A DNA stretch of 64,000 nucleotides, taken from the NCBI GenBank assembly GCA_024762875.1, contig JANTGR010000002.1:191-64190 (forward strand). Direction: 5' to 3'. The DNA is from Sulfurospirillum sp. (GTDB taxonomy: Bacteria > Campylobacterota > Campylobacteria > Campylobacterales > QNZT01). Position numbers and translations under genes: made by a program. The notes beneath the pieces were generated by a model, which worked only from the letters and a program-made list of their open reading frames with translations, made no database searches and had not been told where the DNA came from. Shown in pieces: positions 10,871 to 21,796 of this stretch; position 1 is the stretch's first letter, and every line of letters starts with the position of its first letter.

Positions 10871-11629
10871 ATGATAAGCACTCCCAGCTTCTACTCGGTG
10901 ATTGTCGGTACAGAACTGCTCAACGGCAGACGACAGGACAGTCATTTTGGCTTTTTAAACAAAGCCTTGGTACAAAGGGGCTGGGAGCACAAAGCTTCTT
11001 TTGTAATCAAAGATGATCCCCATTTTGTAGAAGATATATTTAGCTTGATTCAAGCTGATAAAAATGCAGTCATGTTTTCATTTGGGGGCATTGGTTCGAC
11101 GCCTGATGATTTTACGAGAGAAGTTGCCGCACGGGCATTTACCCATAGACCTTTACAGCGGCACAAAGAAGCAGAAGAGATTATCACTGCCCGTTTGGGT
11201 GAAAAGGCCTATCCTCATCCAATCAAGATGGCAGATTTACCAGACAATGCAGAGTTGATAGCAAACCCAGTCAATAAAATGCCGGGATTTTCACTACAAA
11301 AGAAATTCTTTTTTTTACCGGGATTCCCCGAAATGGCACATCCGATGATTGAGGCTATTTTAGAAGAGCACTACCCCAAAGCCCCACAAAAATACAGCTG
11401 TAATTTTATGGTTGAAGCCAGTGAAGCATTGCTCATAGATATCATGGATGCTTTGCCTTCTCAGATAGAGTTGTCCTGTTTGCCTTCATTTGCAGGAGAA
11501 AAAAGAAGGGCGGAGATATATTTGGCCGATATAGATAAACAGCGTTTAGAAAAATGGTGTCAATTTTTTAAAGATAAGTTAGTAAAATCACAATTAAAAT
11601 TTAAGGAGATAGAGAATGTTAGTAGATAA
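10871..11629 (+). CDS. Molybdopterin-binding (MoCF_BD / CinA N-terminal-like) domain protein
   Basis: 252 aa with VIVGTELLNGRRQD and GGIGSTPDDFT motifs of the MoaB/Mog/CinA-N family. Confidence 0.7.
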   Translation: MISTPSFYSVIVGTELLNGRRQDSHFGFLNKALVQRGWEHKASFVIKDDPHFVEDIFSLIQADKNAVMFSFGGIGSTPDDFTREVAARAFTHRPLQRHKEAEEIITARLGEKAYPHPIKMADLPDNAELIANPVNKMPGFSLQKKFFFLPGFPEMAHPMIEAILEEHYPKAPQKYSCNFMVEASEALLIDIMDALPSQIELSCLPSFAGEKRRAEIYLADIDKQRLEKWCQFFKDKLVKSQLKFKEIENVSR

Positions 11630-12137
11630 AATAAAACCGGGTGAAAATCCGGAAAAAGTGAATGCTCTGATAGAGATACCAAACGGTTCAAGTATCAAAT
11701 ATGAGATCGATAAAGAGAGTGGTGCAGTTGAAGTGGATCGTGTTCTTTTTTCAGCGATGTATTATCCTGCAAACTATGGTTTTGTTCCCAATACTTTGGC
11801 AGAAGACGGTGATCCTGCGGATATTTTGGTACTGAATGAAAATGCATTTCAAGCTGGTTCTGTCGTAAGATGCCGATTGATTGGTATATTGGTGATGGAA
11901 GATGAAGCAGGCATGGATGAAAAACTGGTAGCTGTGCCTATTAGTAAAATTGATCCAACATACAATGAAGTCAATTCACTGGATGATCTTCCTGGGGCAA
12001 CACTCGATAAAATCAAAAACTTTTTTGAAACTTATAAGATGTTAGAACCGAACAAATGGGTTAAAGTCAAAGATTTTCAAGGCAAAGAAGCTGCTACAAA
12101 AATGCTACAAAAAGCGATCGAAGCTTATAAAGCCTAG
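11616..12137 (+). CDS. ppa: Inorganic pyrophosphatase
   Basis: 173 aa with YPANYGFVP and DGDPADILVL motifs. Confidence 0.95.
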   Translation: MLVDKIKPGENPEKVNALIEIPNGSSIKYEIDKESGAVEVDRVLFSAMYYPANYGFVPNTLAEDGDPADILVLNENAFQAGSVVRCRLIGILVMEDEAGMDEKLVAVPISKIDPTYNEVNSLDDLPGATLDKIKNFFETYKMLEPNKWVKVKDFQGKEAATKMLQKAIEAYKA

Positions 12138-12140
12138 TTT

Positions 12141-13586
12141 TTATTTGTTATGTGAAAAATAACTGTTTATACCTTGATAAATCCCTTTTGCCAGTGCTTT
12201 TTGGTAGAAGGGATTGAAGAGTCTTTCTCCTTCTGTGGGATTGGTGATATAACCTAGTTCCACTAAAACAGCCGGCATTTGCGCCCCAACCAGTACCCAA
12301 AATGGTGCTTCTCTTACACCCCCATCCTTGACATGTTTAAATTTTTGTCTGGTACTATGTAGTAAACCGCTTTGTATATCGATGGCAAGCTTATTGGATT
12401 GGATAATTTTATTACGGTTTAAGAAACTCAGTAAAGTCTCTTTAGAGCGGCTGTTCATCGCTGATGCAGCGGCATTTTCTTTGGCGGCTATACGTTTGGC
12501 TTTTTTGGTTTTTGCAGGAGAAAGAAAAAATGTTTCAATCCCTTTTAGGGATATATATTTTCCTTTTGGCGCAGCATTGGCATGTATGGAGATGAAGAGG
12601 TCTGCCTCTTTTAGATTGGCAATATGGGTACGTTTGGTTAGTTTGATAAAGGTATCATTGTGTCTGGTCATGTAGACTTTGAAACCTTTTTTACGCAGCA
12701 TACTTTTGAGCAGTGTCGCTACTTTGAGTACACATTTTTTTTCTTGATATTTTTTATAGCCGACTGCTCCAGAATCATGTCCGCCATGCCCGGCATCGAT
12801 AACGATAGTTTTAGAAGAAGCATAGACTTTTGTTGCACTGCCTTTCTTGATAGTTTTATGCTCTGTTTTAACAGGTACAACAGGCTTTTTGACTTTGGTT
12901 TTGGTCTTTGGGGTAGGTATGGTTTTGTTTAAACGCTTGATCTGGATAAAAAGCGTTCCTTTTCGAATATATGCTTTAGAGGATATTTTACTGTCGTTCA
13001 CTAGTACAATGCGGACTTTATCTTTTCTATTTTGTGCAATTTTGATATGTTTTAGGGCATCAATATCAAGTTTGGGTATTTGAAAGTTGAGATTTGCTCT
13101 AATGTCATAGATATGTTTATAGTGCTTGGGTTTTTGGACTTGAAAGAAGAAAACATCTTTTTTGGTGATTGGTTGGTCAAACTTCACAATCAAGCTATTA
13201 TCGTGGCTGCTGATAGAACGTATCATGCGCTTTTTCTTTTTTGTTTGAACAGGATGTAAGTGTGGTGGCCTCTTAGTCTCTTTGTGGGATAGTTTTGTAC
13301 CTGTTAAATTCTGTAACTCTTTTTGATAGGTTGAAGCATCTATGCCCAAAAGTTTTTGACAGCGTATGATACCACGTAAAGATTTTGCTATGGACTCTTT
13401 TTTGCCAGAGATAACGGCACTGATATAGAGGTTTTCCAGCTGATGCAGTATCGCCTTTGTCTCACTTTTTGAGGCATAGGGTATCTTTTGATTGAGTTTA
13501 TCTATCTGTGGTATGACATTCCCGGCCCAGCTTAAAGTATAAGCCAGGAAAAAAGAAAGCAGTAGTTTAACTATCATTTTCTCCAT
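12141..13586 (-). CDS. amiA: N-acetylmuramoyl-L-alanine amidase (Amidase_3) with long N-terminal extension
   Basis: 481 aa with signal peptide and motifs IVIDAGHGGHDSGAVG and SIHANA. Confidence 0.85.
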   Translation of the reverse strand: MEKMIVKLLLSFFLAYTLSWAGNVIPQIDKLNQKIPYASKSETKAILHQLENLYISAVISGKKESIAKSLRGIIRCQKLLGIDASTYQKELQNLTGTKLSHKETKRPPHLHPVQTKKKKRMIRSISSHDNSLIVKFDQPITKKDVFFFQVQKPKHYKHIYDIRANLNFQIPKLDIDALKHIKIAQNRKDKVRIVLVNDSKISSKAYIRKGTLFIQIKRLNKTIPTPKTKTKVKKPVVPVKTEHKTIKKGSATKVYASSKTIVIDAGHGGHDSGAVGYKKYQEKKCVLKVATLLKSMLRKKGFKVYMTRHNDTFIKLTKRTHIANLKEADLFISIHANAAPKGKYISLKGIETFFLSPAKTKKAKRIAAKENAAASAMNSRSKETLLSFLNRNKIIQSNKLAIDIQSGLLHSTRQKFKHVKDGGVREAPFWVLVGAQMPAVLVELGYITNPTEGERLFNPFYQKALAKGIYQGINSYFSHNK

Positions 13587-14667
13587 GTGTCAGTTTATGC
13601 ATAAGCTCTTTAACCGTGATAATTTTGTCTATTTTATAACCGTTGCTTCCAGTGAAAAAGAGACCGGTCTCTTTGATTCCCATATAGGCATCTGAAAGTC
13701 TGTCAGCGATACAGTACCCAACAGCTTTTGCCTCTTCACCCCGGTGACAGGGAGCAACACAGTTGGAGATACATTTGATTGCTGGTCCTGCTCTTCTCTC
13801 TACCAGTTCTACAAGATTGGTTTTCACACCACGTGCAGGATAACCGACAGGAGATTTTAACAGTTTGATATCCTCTTCTTTTGCTGCAATAAGGACTTCT
13901 TTGAAATTGTCATGTGCATCACATTCACGGGTTGCGATAAAACGGGTTCCCATCTGTACACCATCCGCTCCAAGATCCATCATTGTCTCAATATCTTTTT
14001 TATCCCATATTCCACCAGCAGCGATCAATGGAAAGTCTCCCCATTTTTTAATCTCTTCTTTGATTGGTTTGATAAGATTTTCGAGCTGATACTCTTCCTG
14101 GAAACATTGCTCATAGGTGAAACCCTGATGCCCCCCGCTTTTAGGCCCTTCTACGATAATGGCATCAGGCAATCTGTCATAACGCTGTGTCCATCGCTTA
14201 CAGATAATCTTCAGTGCTTTGGCTGATGAAACGATAGGAATAAGTGCTACATGGGGGAAGTCTCTTGTAAATTCAGGCATATTCGTAGGCAGTCCTGCAC
14301 CGGTGATGATAGCATTGGCACCTGCTTCACAGGCATCTCTTACAACACGACCATAGTCATTAATTGCATAGAGAACATTGCAAGCCAGTGGTGCATCACC
14401 ACAAATCTTTCTGGCATTTTTAAATATTTCCATCAATGAAGGTTTACTGTAAAAATTGAGTACTTCAAAAGGTTTTCCTGCGACTGCTTTTTCAACAAAT
14501 CTCTGATTTTCATAATAGCCTGTACCCACAGAAGAGATTACACCCAAACCGCCTTCTTTGCTTACAGAGCCAGCTAGCTGATCCCAGGAGATACCTACAC
14601 CCATTCCGCCCTGTACAATGGGTACTTTAATCGTAAAATCTTTAATTTTTAATGTTTTAAAATTCAT
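13567..14667 (-). CDS. Nitronate monooxygenase / FabK-like FMN oxidoreductase family protein
   Basis: 366 aa with PIVQGGMGVGIS and GADGVQMGTRF motifs of the NMO/2-nitropropane dioxygenase family. Confidence 0.8.
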   Translation of the reverse strand: MNFKTLKIKDFTIKVPIVQGGMGVGISWDQLAGSVSKEGGLGVISSVGTGYYENQRFVEKAVAGKPFEVLNFYSKPSLMEIFKNARKICGDAPLACNVLYAINDYGRVVRDACEAGANAIITGAGLPTNMPEFTRDFPHVALIPIVSSAKALKIICKRWTQRYDRLPDAIIVEGPKSGGHQGFTYEQCFQEEYQLENLIKPIKEEIKKWGDFPLIAAGGIWDKKDIETMMDLGADGVQMGTRFIATRECDAHDNFKEVLIAAKEEDIKLLKSPVGYPARGVKTNLVELVERRAGPAIKCISNCVAPCHRGEEAKAVGYCIADRLSDAYMGIKETGLFFTGSNGYKIDKIITVKELMHKLTHGENDS

Positions 14668-15872
14668 CAGCTAACCTTTACTTTTGCAAACTTTCTTTTG
14701 CCAACTTGCAGTATGTACTCACCAGATGGAAGTTGTAATTGCTCGTCATCAATTTTCTCTTGGTCTATTTTAACAGCACCTTGCTTTATATCTCTTCTTG
14801 ATTGGGACGTAGAAGGAGATATTTTAGCTTCAACCAATGCTTTGGCAATCCATATTGGACCCTCTAGAGAGAAGAGAGGGATATCTGCGGGGAGTTCACT
14901 TCTCTTATGGACACGTTCAAACTCTTCTTTCGCATCCTGGGCTGCCTTGGAGGAGTGAAAACGCTCAATGATTTCACATGCCAGATGCTCTTTTACCTCT
15001 TTTGGGTGAATAGTGCCTGCAGCTACTTCACTTTTGAGATCTTCAATCTCTTCAATAGTACGGGTGCTCAAGAGCTCATAATAACGCCACATCAGTTCAT
15101 CACTGGCACTGAGTACTTTGCCGAACATTGTATTGGCATCTTCTGTAACACCAATGTAGTTGCCTAAAGATTTACTCATTTTATTGACCCCATCCAATCC
15201 TTCCAGAAGCGGCATCATGATAACAGCCTGTTCTTTACCGATATGGTAGCTTCTTTGCAGGGCTCTACCCATCAGGAGATTAAATTTCTGATCGGTTCCG
15301 CCCATTTCGATATCTGATTTCAGTGCAACAGAATCATATCCCTGTAAGAGAGGATATAAGAACTCAGAGATAGAGATTGGAGTCTGGCTTTTATAGCGTT
15401 TTTCAAAATCTTCACGTTCGAGCATCCTTGCAACGTTGAATGTTGTTGTAAGCTCTACCAGGCCGGCAGTACCCAAGGCATCAAGCCAGTGCGAGTTAAA
15501 TACCACTTCGGTTTTTTCCGGATCCAAAATCTTAAATACCTGTTCTTTGTAAGACTGGGCATTTTTTTCTACTGTCTCTCTGTCAAGTTTCTTTCTCGTT
15601 TCATTTTTACCGGTTGGATCACCGATCATGCCTGTAAAGTCACCAATGAGAAATTGGACAATGCCACCATATTTTTGAAACAGCGCCATTTTTTGAATCA
15701 ACACAGTATGCCCCAGGTGCAGATCAGGTGCAGTAGGATCAAAACCGGCTTTAACAGTAAAATTTTCTCCAGTTTCCAAAAAGCGTTTTAGTAATTTTTC
15801 TATGCGTTCTTCATCTATGATCTCAGCGACACCGCGCTTGATCTCTTTTAATGCTTCTTTAATATCAAACAA
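14667..15872 (-). CDS. tyrS: Tyrosine--tRNA ligase
   Basis: 401 aa with HLGH and KMSKS class I motifs and a C-terminal S4-like domain. Confidence 0.95.
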   Translation of the reverse strand: MFDIKEALKEIKRGVAEIIDEERIEKLLKRFLETGENFTVKAGFDPTAPDLHLGHTVLIQKMALFQKYGGIVQFLIGDFTGMIGDPTGKNETRKKLDRETVEKNAQSYKEQVFKILDPEKTEVVFNSHWLDALGTAGLVELTTTFNVARMLEREDFEKRYKSQTPISISEFLYPLLQGYDSVALKSDIEMGGTDQKFNLLMGRALQRSYHIGKEQAVIMMPLLEGLDGVNKMSKSLGNYIGVTEDANTMFGKVLSASDELMWRYYELLSTRTIEEIEDLKSEVAAGTIHPKEVKEHLACEIIERFHSSKAAQDAKEEFERVHKRSELPADIPLFSLEGPIWIAKALVEAKISPSTSQSRRDIKQGAVKIDQEKIDDEQLQLPSGEYILQVGKRKFAKVKVS

Positions 15873-15883
15873 TATTAAACCTT

Positions 15884-18049
15884 TTATATTTTTTTATATG
15901 CATCATCGAGAGGAGTAAACTCTATAATTTTATAGTTTTCATTGTTGTTATGCAACAATTTGTCCCGATTTTTGCTTGGTACATCTACAACCATCTCGAA
16001 AAAATGGGCATGAGAATTCTCATTATGTGAGAGTTCTATGGTGACCAAGTTGACATCTATTTTAGCTAAATATTGCAAAAAGTATGCTAGGGAACCCTTT
16101 TTATTTTCTATACTGACGATCAATTTGTAAGAGTTTGGTTTCTGTGTAGACCACTCTACAAAATACATTGGCGTATACTCATCCATGAGAGCATTTGCAT
16201 GGCTGCAGAATTTATGATGTACGATTGCATTGGAAGCTTTTTTAAATGCTACAATTTCATCACCGCTTTTTGGATGACAACAATAATCAAACATGACTTT
16301 TGAGATACTTTGTGATGTATAAAAAACTAGATTATCAAATTTTTGTTCTTTGAGTTTATATTTTCTCAGTGGTGAAATAATCGGAAAAATTTTAGTTTTG
16401 GCAAGAATATTTTTTTTGATTTTAATGATATCTTCCTGCAGGTGGATATAATCAATGGCTGATTTATATAGATTTTTTTGTGTCGATTCATCTTCAAGAA
16501 ATGGCTGCAATACTGGATATTTTAGATTAAAGACATTGAGTAGTATATTTGTGGCTGTTTTGAGATTTAACTCTTTTAGTTTATGATTGCAGTTTAGTTT
16601 CATCGCATTTTTAGCTTTTGCCGTTTTCACAGCAGAGATCCAACTGCAGCGCAAGACATGTTCATCGGCAGTTTCAATTCTCACAATATCACCATTTTTC
16701 AGTTCGCTTAAAAAGGGTGTTCTTTTTTTGTTAACATAAGCTGTTTTGGCACAATTGCCGATTTCTGTATGTACAGCATAGGCATAATCCAAAACAGTAG
16801 CATTGCGGGGCAGGGTGTAGAGATCTCCCTTTGGAGAAAAAACAGAGATATCTTCGCTGTAAAGGTCATCTTTGGCCAGTTCATACATCTCTTCGATATT
16901 GTCGCCCTCATCACTTTGTGTTTTAAGCTCATCAAGCCATTCCAGTTTTGGGTTAAGACCTGAATGTCCTTTGTATTTCCAGTGGGCTGCCACACCAAAT
17001 TGTGCTGTTTTGTGCATATCAAAGGTACGTATCTGTGTTTCGATGATAGATGCATTGTCAAAAACAGTTGTATGAATCGTTTGATAGCCGTTGTCTTTGG
17101 GAATAGCAACATAATCTTTAAAACGGGAGATCAAAGGATTGAAATGCAGATGAATAATACCTAAAACTTTATAGCAGTCCAAAGGATTTTTGACCAGTAT
17201 GCGTATAGCCATCAAGTCCAGAATCTCTTCCATAGAAATGCCTTTTCGATGCATCTTCATATAGATGGAATAATGATGTTTAACACGTTTTTCAACTTCA
17301 AAACTTTTTTCAACAAAGCCGTTTTGCAGCATGAGGCGACTTACTTTATTGATAAAATGATTTAACGACAGTTGTAGTTTTTGGTCTTTTCCCAAAATAG
17401 TCGAATCAATTTTGCTATACTCGTCTGGAAGTAGATAATAAAAACTTAAATCTTCCAATATATTTTTAATGGTAGCAATACCCAAACGATGTGCAATGGG
17501 TGCATACACAACCAGTGTCTCTTCTGAAATTCTTTTTTGTTTTTCAGGTAAGAGCGCATCAAGTGTGAGCATATTGTGCAAACGATCACACAGTTTAATC
17601 ACTAAAACACGTACATCTGAAATGGAAGCCAGAAGCATTTTACGAAAAGAGAGTGCGGAAGTGACAAGTTTTTCATTGGAAGTTGAAGGAACCAGTTCTT
17701 CTTCTCTTATTTCTATGATTTTGGTGAGTCCATCAACGAGGTGGGCGATATTGGGTGAAAATTCTTTGGCTACATCCTCACTGCTGCAGGGTGTGTCTTC
17801 GACAACATCATGTAAAAGCGCGGCTTTAATCATTTCAGCATCACCACCAAAATGGGCGACAATAGAAGCTACTAAAATCGGGTGGATGATATAGGGCTGA
17901 CCTGATTTTCTAAATTGGCCTTCATGCATTTTAGTTGCAAAGTCAATTGCTTTTTGGATATCAGGGATATGGTTCGTTAAGGATAAGAGCAACGTTGTAG
18001 CTGCATCAAGTGAATGAATTTGCTTTACTTGCTCTATTAGGCTGTGCAT
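15884..18049 (-). CDS. spoT: Bifunctional (p)ppGpp synthetase/hydrolase (RelA/SpoT homologue)
   Basis: 721 aa. HD domain (HDVVEDT), synthetase motif [19 protein letters not shown] and ACT-like C-terminus. Confidence 0.9.
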   Translation of the reverse strand: MHSLIEQVKQIHSLDAATTLLLSLTNHIPDIQKAIDFATKMHEGQFRKSGQPYIIHPILVASIVAHFGGDAEMIKAALLHDVVEDTPCSSEDVAKEFSPNIAHLVDGLTKIIEIREEELVPSTSNEKLVTSALSFRKMLLASISDVRVLVIKLCDRLHNMLTLDALLPEKQKRISEETLVVYAPIAHRLGIATIKNILEDLSFYYLLPDEYSKIDSTILGKDQKLQLSLNHFINKVSRLMLQNGFVEKSFEVEKRVKHHYSIYMKMHRKGISMEEILDLMAIRILVKNPLDCYKVLGIIHLHFNPLISRFKDYVAIPKDNGYQTIHTTVFDNASIIETQIRTFDMHKTAQFGVAAHWKYKGHSGLNPKLEWLDELKTQSDEGDNIEEMYELAKDDLYSEDISVFSPKGDLYTLPRNATVLDYAYAVHTEIGNCAKTAYVNKKRTPFLSELKNGDIVRIETADEHVLRCSWISAVKTAKAKNAMKLNCNHKLKELNLKTATNILLNVFNLKYPVLQPFLEDESTQKNLYKSAIDYIHLQEDIIKIKKNILAKTKIFPIISPLRKYKLKEQKFDNLVFYTSQSISKVMFDYCCHPKSGDEIVAFKKASNAIVHHKFCSHANALMDEYTPMYFVEWSTQKPNSYKLIVSIENKKGSLAYFLQYLAKIDVNLVTIELSHNENSHAHFFEMVVDVPSKNRDKLLHNNNENYKIIEFTPLDDAYKKI

Positions 18050-18060
18050 TATTGCTTACA

Positions 18061-18276
18061 TTACTCTACATCGATGATTTTATCTATTTGGATAAGCCCT
18101 TCTGCTATTTCCATCAAAGCGATATCTGTCAATTTTGTTTTATTTTTATCCGCTTTGATAAGTGGTTCTGCACCTTCAGCCAATTGGTTGGCACGCTTGG
18201 CGACCATGATAGATAACAGGTAACTGTCATCATTTGCATAAGCTGCTGCTTTTGAAATAATTTTTTCGATTCTCAT
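18061..18276 (-). CDS. rpoZ: DNA-directed RNA polymerase subunit omega
   Basis: The ORF track gives 18061..18333. The sequence from the internal Met (MRIEKIISKAAAYANDDSYLLSIMVAKRANQL...) matches rpoZ. The 19-aa upstream extension starts at the ATG inside a palindrome copy and is probably spurious. Confidence 0.8.
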   Translation of the reverse strand: MRIEKIISKAAAYANDDSYLLSIMVAKRANQLAEGAEPLIKADKNKTKLTDIALMEIAEGLIQIDKIIDVE

Positions 18277-18309
18277 TTTAAAAAATTCCTTTATGTATTG
18301 AATTGGTGC

Positions 18310-18337
18310 TATCATGATAATAGACGTTATCATGATA
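18310..18337. repeat. Two copies of the iterated palindrome TATCATGATA, 18 bp apart, in the pyrH-rpoZ intergenic spacer
   Basis: GCTATCATGATAATAGACGTTATCATGATAGAT read directly from the sequence. Confidence 0.9.
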
Positions 18338-18342
18338 GATTT

Positions 18343-19068
<726 letters not shown>

Positions 19069-19114
19069 TTATGCGTATTGTACTTAAACTTCATAAGATT
19101 AAGATAAAAGCAGG

Positions 19115-20332
19115 CTATTTTATCAACCTCATTGGATTAATATGTTTTGTTCCCTGTGTCACTTCAAAGGTCAGTTCATGTGCAACCCGACCTATGATAT
19201 ATCCTTTTTTCACTCTTTTGCCGACACGTATTGTCGGTGCAATTTTTGACAAGTGTGCATAAATAGTGTGTAGATTATTTTTATTTTCTACGATCACGAC
19301 ATTGTCAAGTACAGGTGTCTTTTCTGCATAAATCACTCTTCCATCCAGTACATTTCGTACTTTTGCATTTTTTTGTTTTGCACGCAGGATAACAGACTCG
19401 TTAAATATTTTTATTTTATAAATTGGATCGGTGTAATTACCAAATTTTTGTGTTACGGTATAGTGCTTCAGCGGCGAGATCGTCTTTGAGCCACGATATT
19501 TGATCACTTTTCCATGTTGGTAAGAAGAACCTATCTGTCGGACATTAACACTGCCGGTGTTACTCTCTTTGATGATGGTTTTATCCTGGGCTTCCTTGGT
19601 AATGTGTAATTTTTTAAGTGTGGCCGTGATCAGATTCTGTTCTTTTTTGATACGGTTTAGTTTTTGGATATAACGCTGTTTTTGTTTATTGAGATTTTGC
19701 ACTGTCTTTTTTTGTTTTCTTTTTAAGCGATCCAATTCATTTTTTTTCTTTTTTAGCGCATCTACTTTTGTAGAAAGTTTTGCGAGTTCTTTTTTAACAA
19801 GATCTATATTTTGATTGAGTTTGATATATTTTGATTTTGTTTTTTTGAATTTTGCCCGCAGTAGTCCGGTATAGGTATGGAGCACTTCATTCATCACAAT
19901 ATTGTCTATATTGGTTTCATAGTTTTCCAAAAGATGTCTGCCGTTTTTGTCAACTGTACCTTTGGTGATCATCTCAATAGAGAGCTGTTTGGAGAGAATA
20001 CTCACGACTTTTTTACTGACTAGTTTTTCCTGCTTGGCCAAACGTCGGTAAATATTTTCTATCTTTTTTAATTCTGAACTCTTTATAGAGGTTTTCTTTT
20101 TGAGTTTTGTGATGCTGTTTTGACAGGCTTTTATTTCCTTGCTCAGGCTGCCTAGATCTTTTTTTTGTTGACTGATCTCTTTTGCAATCATGTCAAGTTT
20201 GTGGGAAATCTTTTTTGCCTGTGATTTTTTTGTATCTATTTTCACCTGATTGGACTGAATTTTGTCATCGATGTCAGCCCTTAGTGAGCCTATCATGATA
20301 ACAGGCAGAAAAAGAAATAACACTTTTTTCAT
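19115..20332 (-). CDS. EnvC-like murein hydrolase activator (coiled coil + M23/LytM domain)
   Basis: 405 aa with signal peptide, long K/E-rich coiled coil and C-terminal M23-like domain. ATGA overlap with ftsX upstream. Confidence 0.8.
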   Translation of the reverse strand: MKKVLFLFLPVIMIGSLRADIDDKIQSNQVKIDTKKSQAKKISHKLDMIAKEISQQKKDLGSLSKEIKACQNSITKLKKKTSIKSSELKKIENIYRRLAKQEKLVSKKVVSILSKQLSIEMITKGTVDKNGRHLLENYETNIDNIVMNEVLHTYTGLLRAKFKKTKSKYIKLNQNIDLVKKELAKLSTKVDALKKKKNELDRLKRKQKKTVQNLNKQKQRYIQKLNRIKKEQNLITATLKKLHITKEAQDKTIIKESNTGSVNVRQIGSSYQHGKVIKYRGSKTISPLKHYTVTQKFGNYTDPIYKIKIFNESVILRAKQKNAKVRNVLDGRVIYAEKTPVLDNVVIVENKNNLHTIYAHLSKIAPTIRVGKRVKKGYIIGRVAHELTFEVTQGTKHINPMRLIK

Positions 20333-21138
20333 GAATCTTTTTGCCGGATGATGATAGTTGTCACAGAGATAATAGAGATAAAAAGGCTGATGAGCACTAA
20401 TATGGTAGTATCTTTGGCAAAATTAAAATTATTTAATTCAATACCTAAGTTGTTGTTGAGTTTTACAAAGTCAACAAAATTCGGCAGTAAAGAAAAGAGA
20501 ATGCCAACCAAGAAAGCAGAAAGGAGGGCATCGATGATGACAGATTTATACAGTGAAGCACTCTTCATCCAATAGGGCGCTCCAAAAAGTCCCATGATAT
20601 ACATCCTGTTGTGATGTTGTAATGACCAAATTTCCATCTGTTTGATGATCAGCAAAAAAGAGATGATAAAGATAAATAGAGCAAAAATATGTGAAGCACT
20701 TTTTGTCAATTTTAAAAATTGATGAAATTTATTGAATGTCTTTTTAAATGTTTCTACTTTTTGTACTGTTGGTATTGTTTTGATCTTTAAAGCCAGTGCT
20801 TTCAGTGCATTTCTATCGGGTAAAACAGTCAGTTTGAGGGAATAAAATTTTGGCAAAGTAGCTTTGAGATAGACCAAGTCTGCTTTACTCATATCATTTT
20901 TGAGTTTATCAATAAAACGGTCTTTTTTGATCTCCTGCATCAATGAGAGAGAGGGAACTTTTTCTTGCATCTGCACTTTATCAATGGGTGCATTTGAAAC
21001 GACGACGATAGAGTATTCATCTGCCAGTTTGCCTTCATAGGCTTTGACACCGCGGTCAAGCATAAAAGAAAACTGGATGCTAAAGAGCAGGGTAAAAAGA
21101 GGGATAATAAATGAAATATGATTTTTAATTGACTTCAT
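20329..21138 (-). CDS. ftsX: FtsX-like cell-division ABC permease
   Basis: ORF 20329..21153. ATG at 21138 lies 8 nt after GGAG. Topology is one TM, a large loop, then three TM. Confidence 0.8.
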   Translation of the reverse strand: MKSIKNHISFIIPLFTLLFSIQFSFMLDRGVKAYEGKLADEYSIVVVSNAPIDKVQMQEKVPSLSLMQEIKKDRFIDKLKNDMSKADLVYLKATLPKFYSLKLTVLPDRNALKALALKIKTIPTVQKVETFKKTFNKFHQFLKLTKSASHIFALFIFIISFLLIIKQMEIWSLQHHNRMYIMGLFGAPYWMKSASLYKSVIIDALLSAFLVGILFSLLPNFVDFVKLNNNLGIELNNFNFAKDTTILVLISLFISIISVTTIIIRQKDS

Positions 21139-21796
21139 AGAGTGCTCCGTCATCTAAAAAATACTGTTTATAATCAACACCCAGTGTCTGCGGTATTCTA
21201 TGTGTGGCAACAAATACAGTGCTTCCGATATGCTGTCTGACGTTTTTTAAAAGTTCCCATATGACACTACTGGAATATTCATCCAGATTTCCTGTCGGCT
21301 CATCAGCAATAATCAAGAGTGGATTGTGTGCCAGTGCACGTGCCATTGCAACACGCTGCTGTTCTCCACCACTGAGTTCAAGTGGAAGCCGGTCAGCTTT
21401 GTGTGAAAGTTTGACATGCTTGAGGAGTTTTTGTGCCTGTACGCGGCAAACATGTTTGGAGTAACCGGCAATCATCAGCGGCAGCATTACATTTTTTTCA
21501 ACATTCCATTCATTGATGAGTTTATAATCCTGAAATATAACACCAATATGTTTACGCAGAAGATTTTTTTTTGCTTTGCTGATATCATGCAGCGCAAACC
21601 CTGCGACATTCAATTCACCACTTTGTATGCCAAGTTCCCCATAGAGTGATTTGAGAAAAGTCGATTTACCGCTGCCGCTTTTCCCAGTCAAAAAGACAAA
21701 ATCACTTTTTTTAACTGCCAGTGTGGTATTTTTGATGATAGGCGAATGCTTCTCATAAGCAAGTGATAAATCTCTAGCTTCAATAATATTATTCAT
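21125..21796 (-). CDS. ftsE: FtsE-like cell-division ABC ATPase
   Basis: ORF 21125..21811 has a TTG start. The ATG at 21796 (MNNIIEARDL) follows GAAGAG. Motifs GKSGSGKST, LSGGEQQRV and LIIADEPT. Confidence 0.85.
   Translation of the reverse strand: MNNIIEARDLSLAYEKHSPIIKNTTLAVKKSDFVFLTGKSGSGKSTFLKSLYGELGIQSGELNVAGFALHDISKAKKNLLRKHIGVIFQDYKLINEWNVEKNVMLPLMIAGYSKHVCRVQAQKLLKHVKLSHKADRLPLELSGGEQQRVAMARALAHNPLLIIADEPTGNLDEYSSSVIWELLKNVRQHIGSTVFVATHRIPQTLGVDYKQYFLDDGALYEVN

Noticed and set aside
10391-10945. A 184-aa minus-strand ORF antisense to adk. Similar long antisense ORFs occur at 9507..9962, 22886..23275, 22950..23414, 28234..28851, 31518..32036, 35455..35997, 40760..41173, 47800..48258 and 58298..58891.
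   Set aside because: Each lies entirely within a well-supported gene on the other strand and has low-complexity or odd composition with no motifs. They are typical shadow ORFs.
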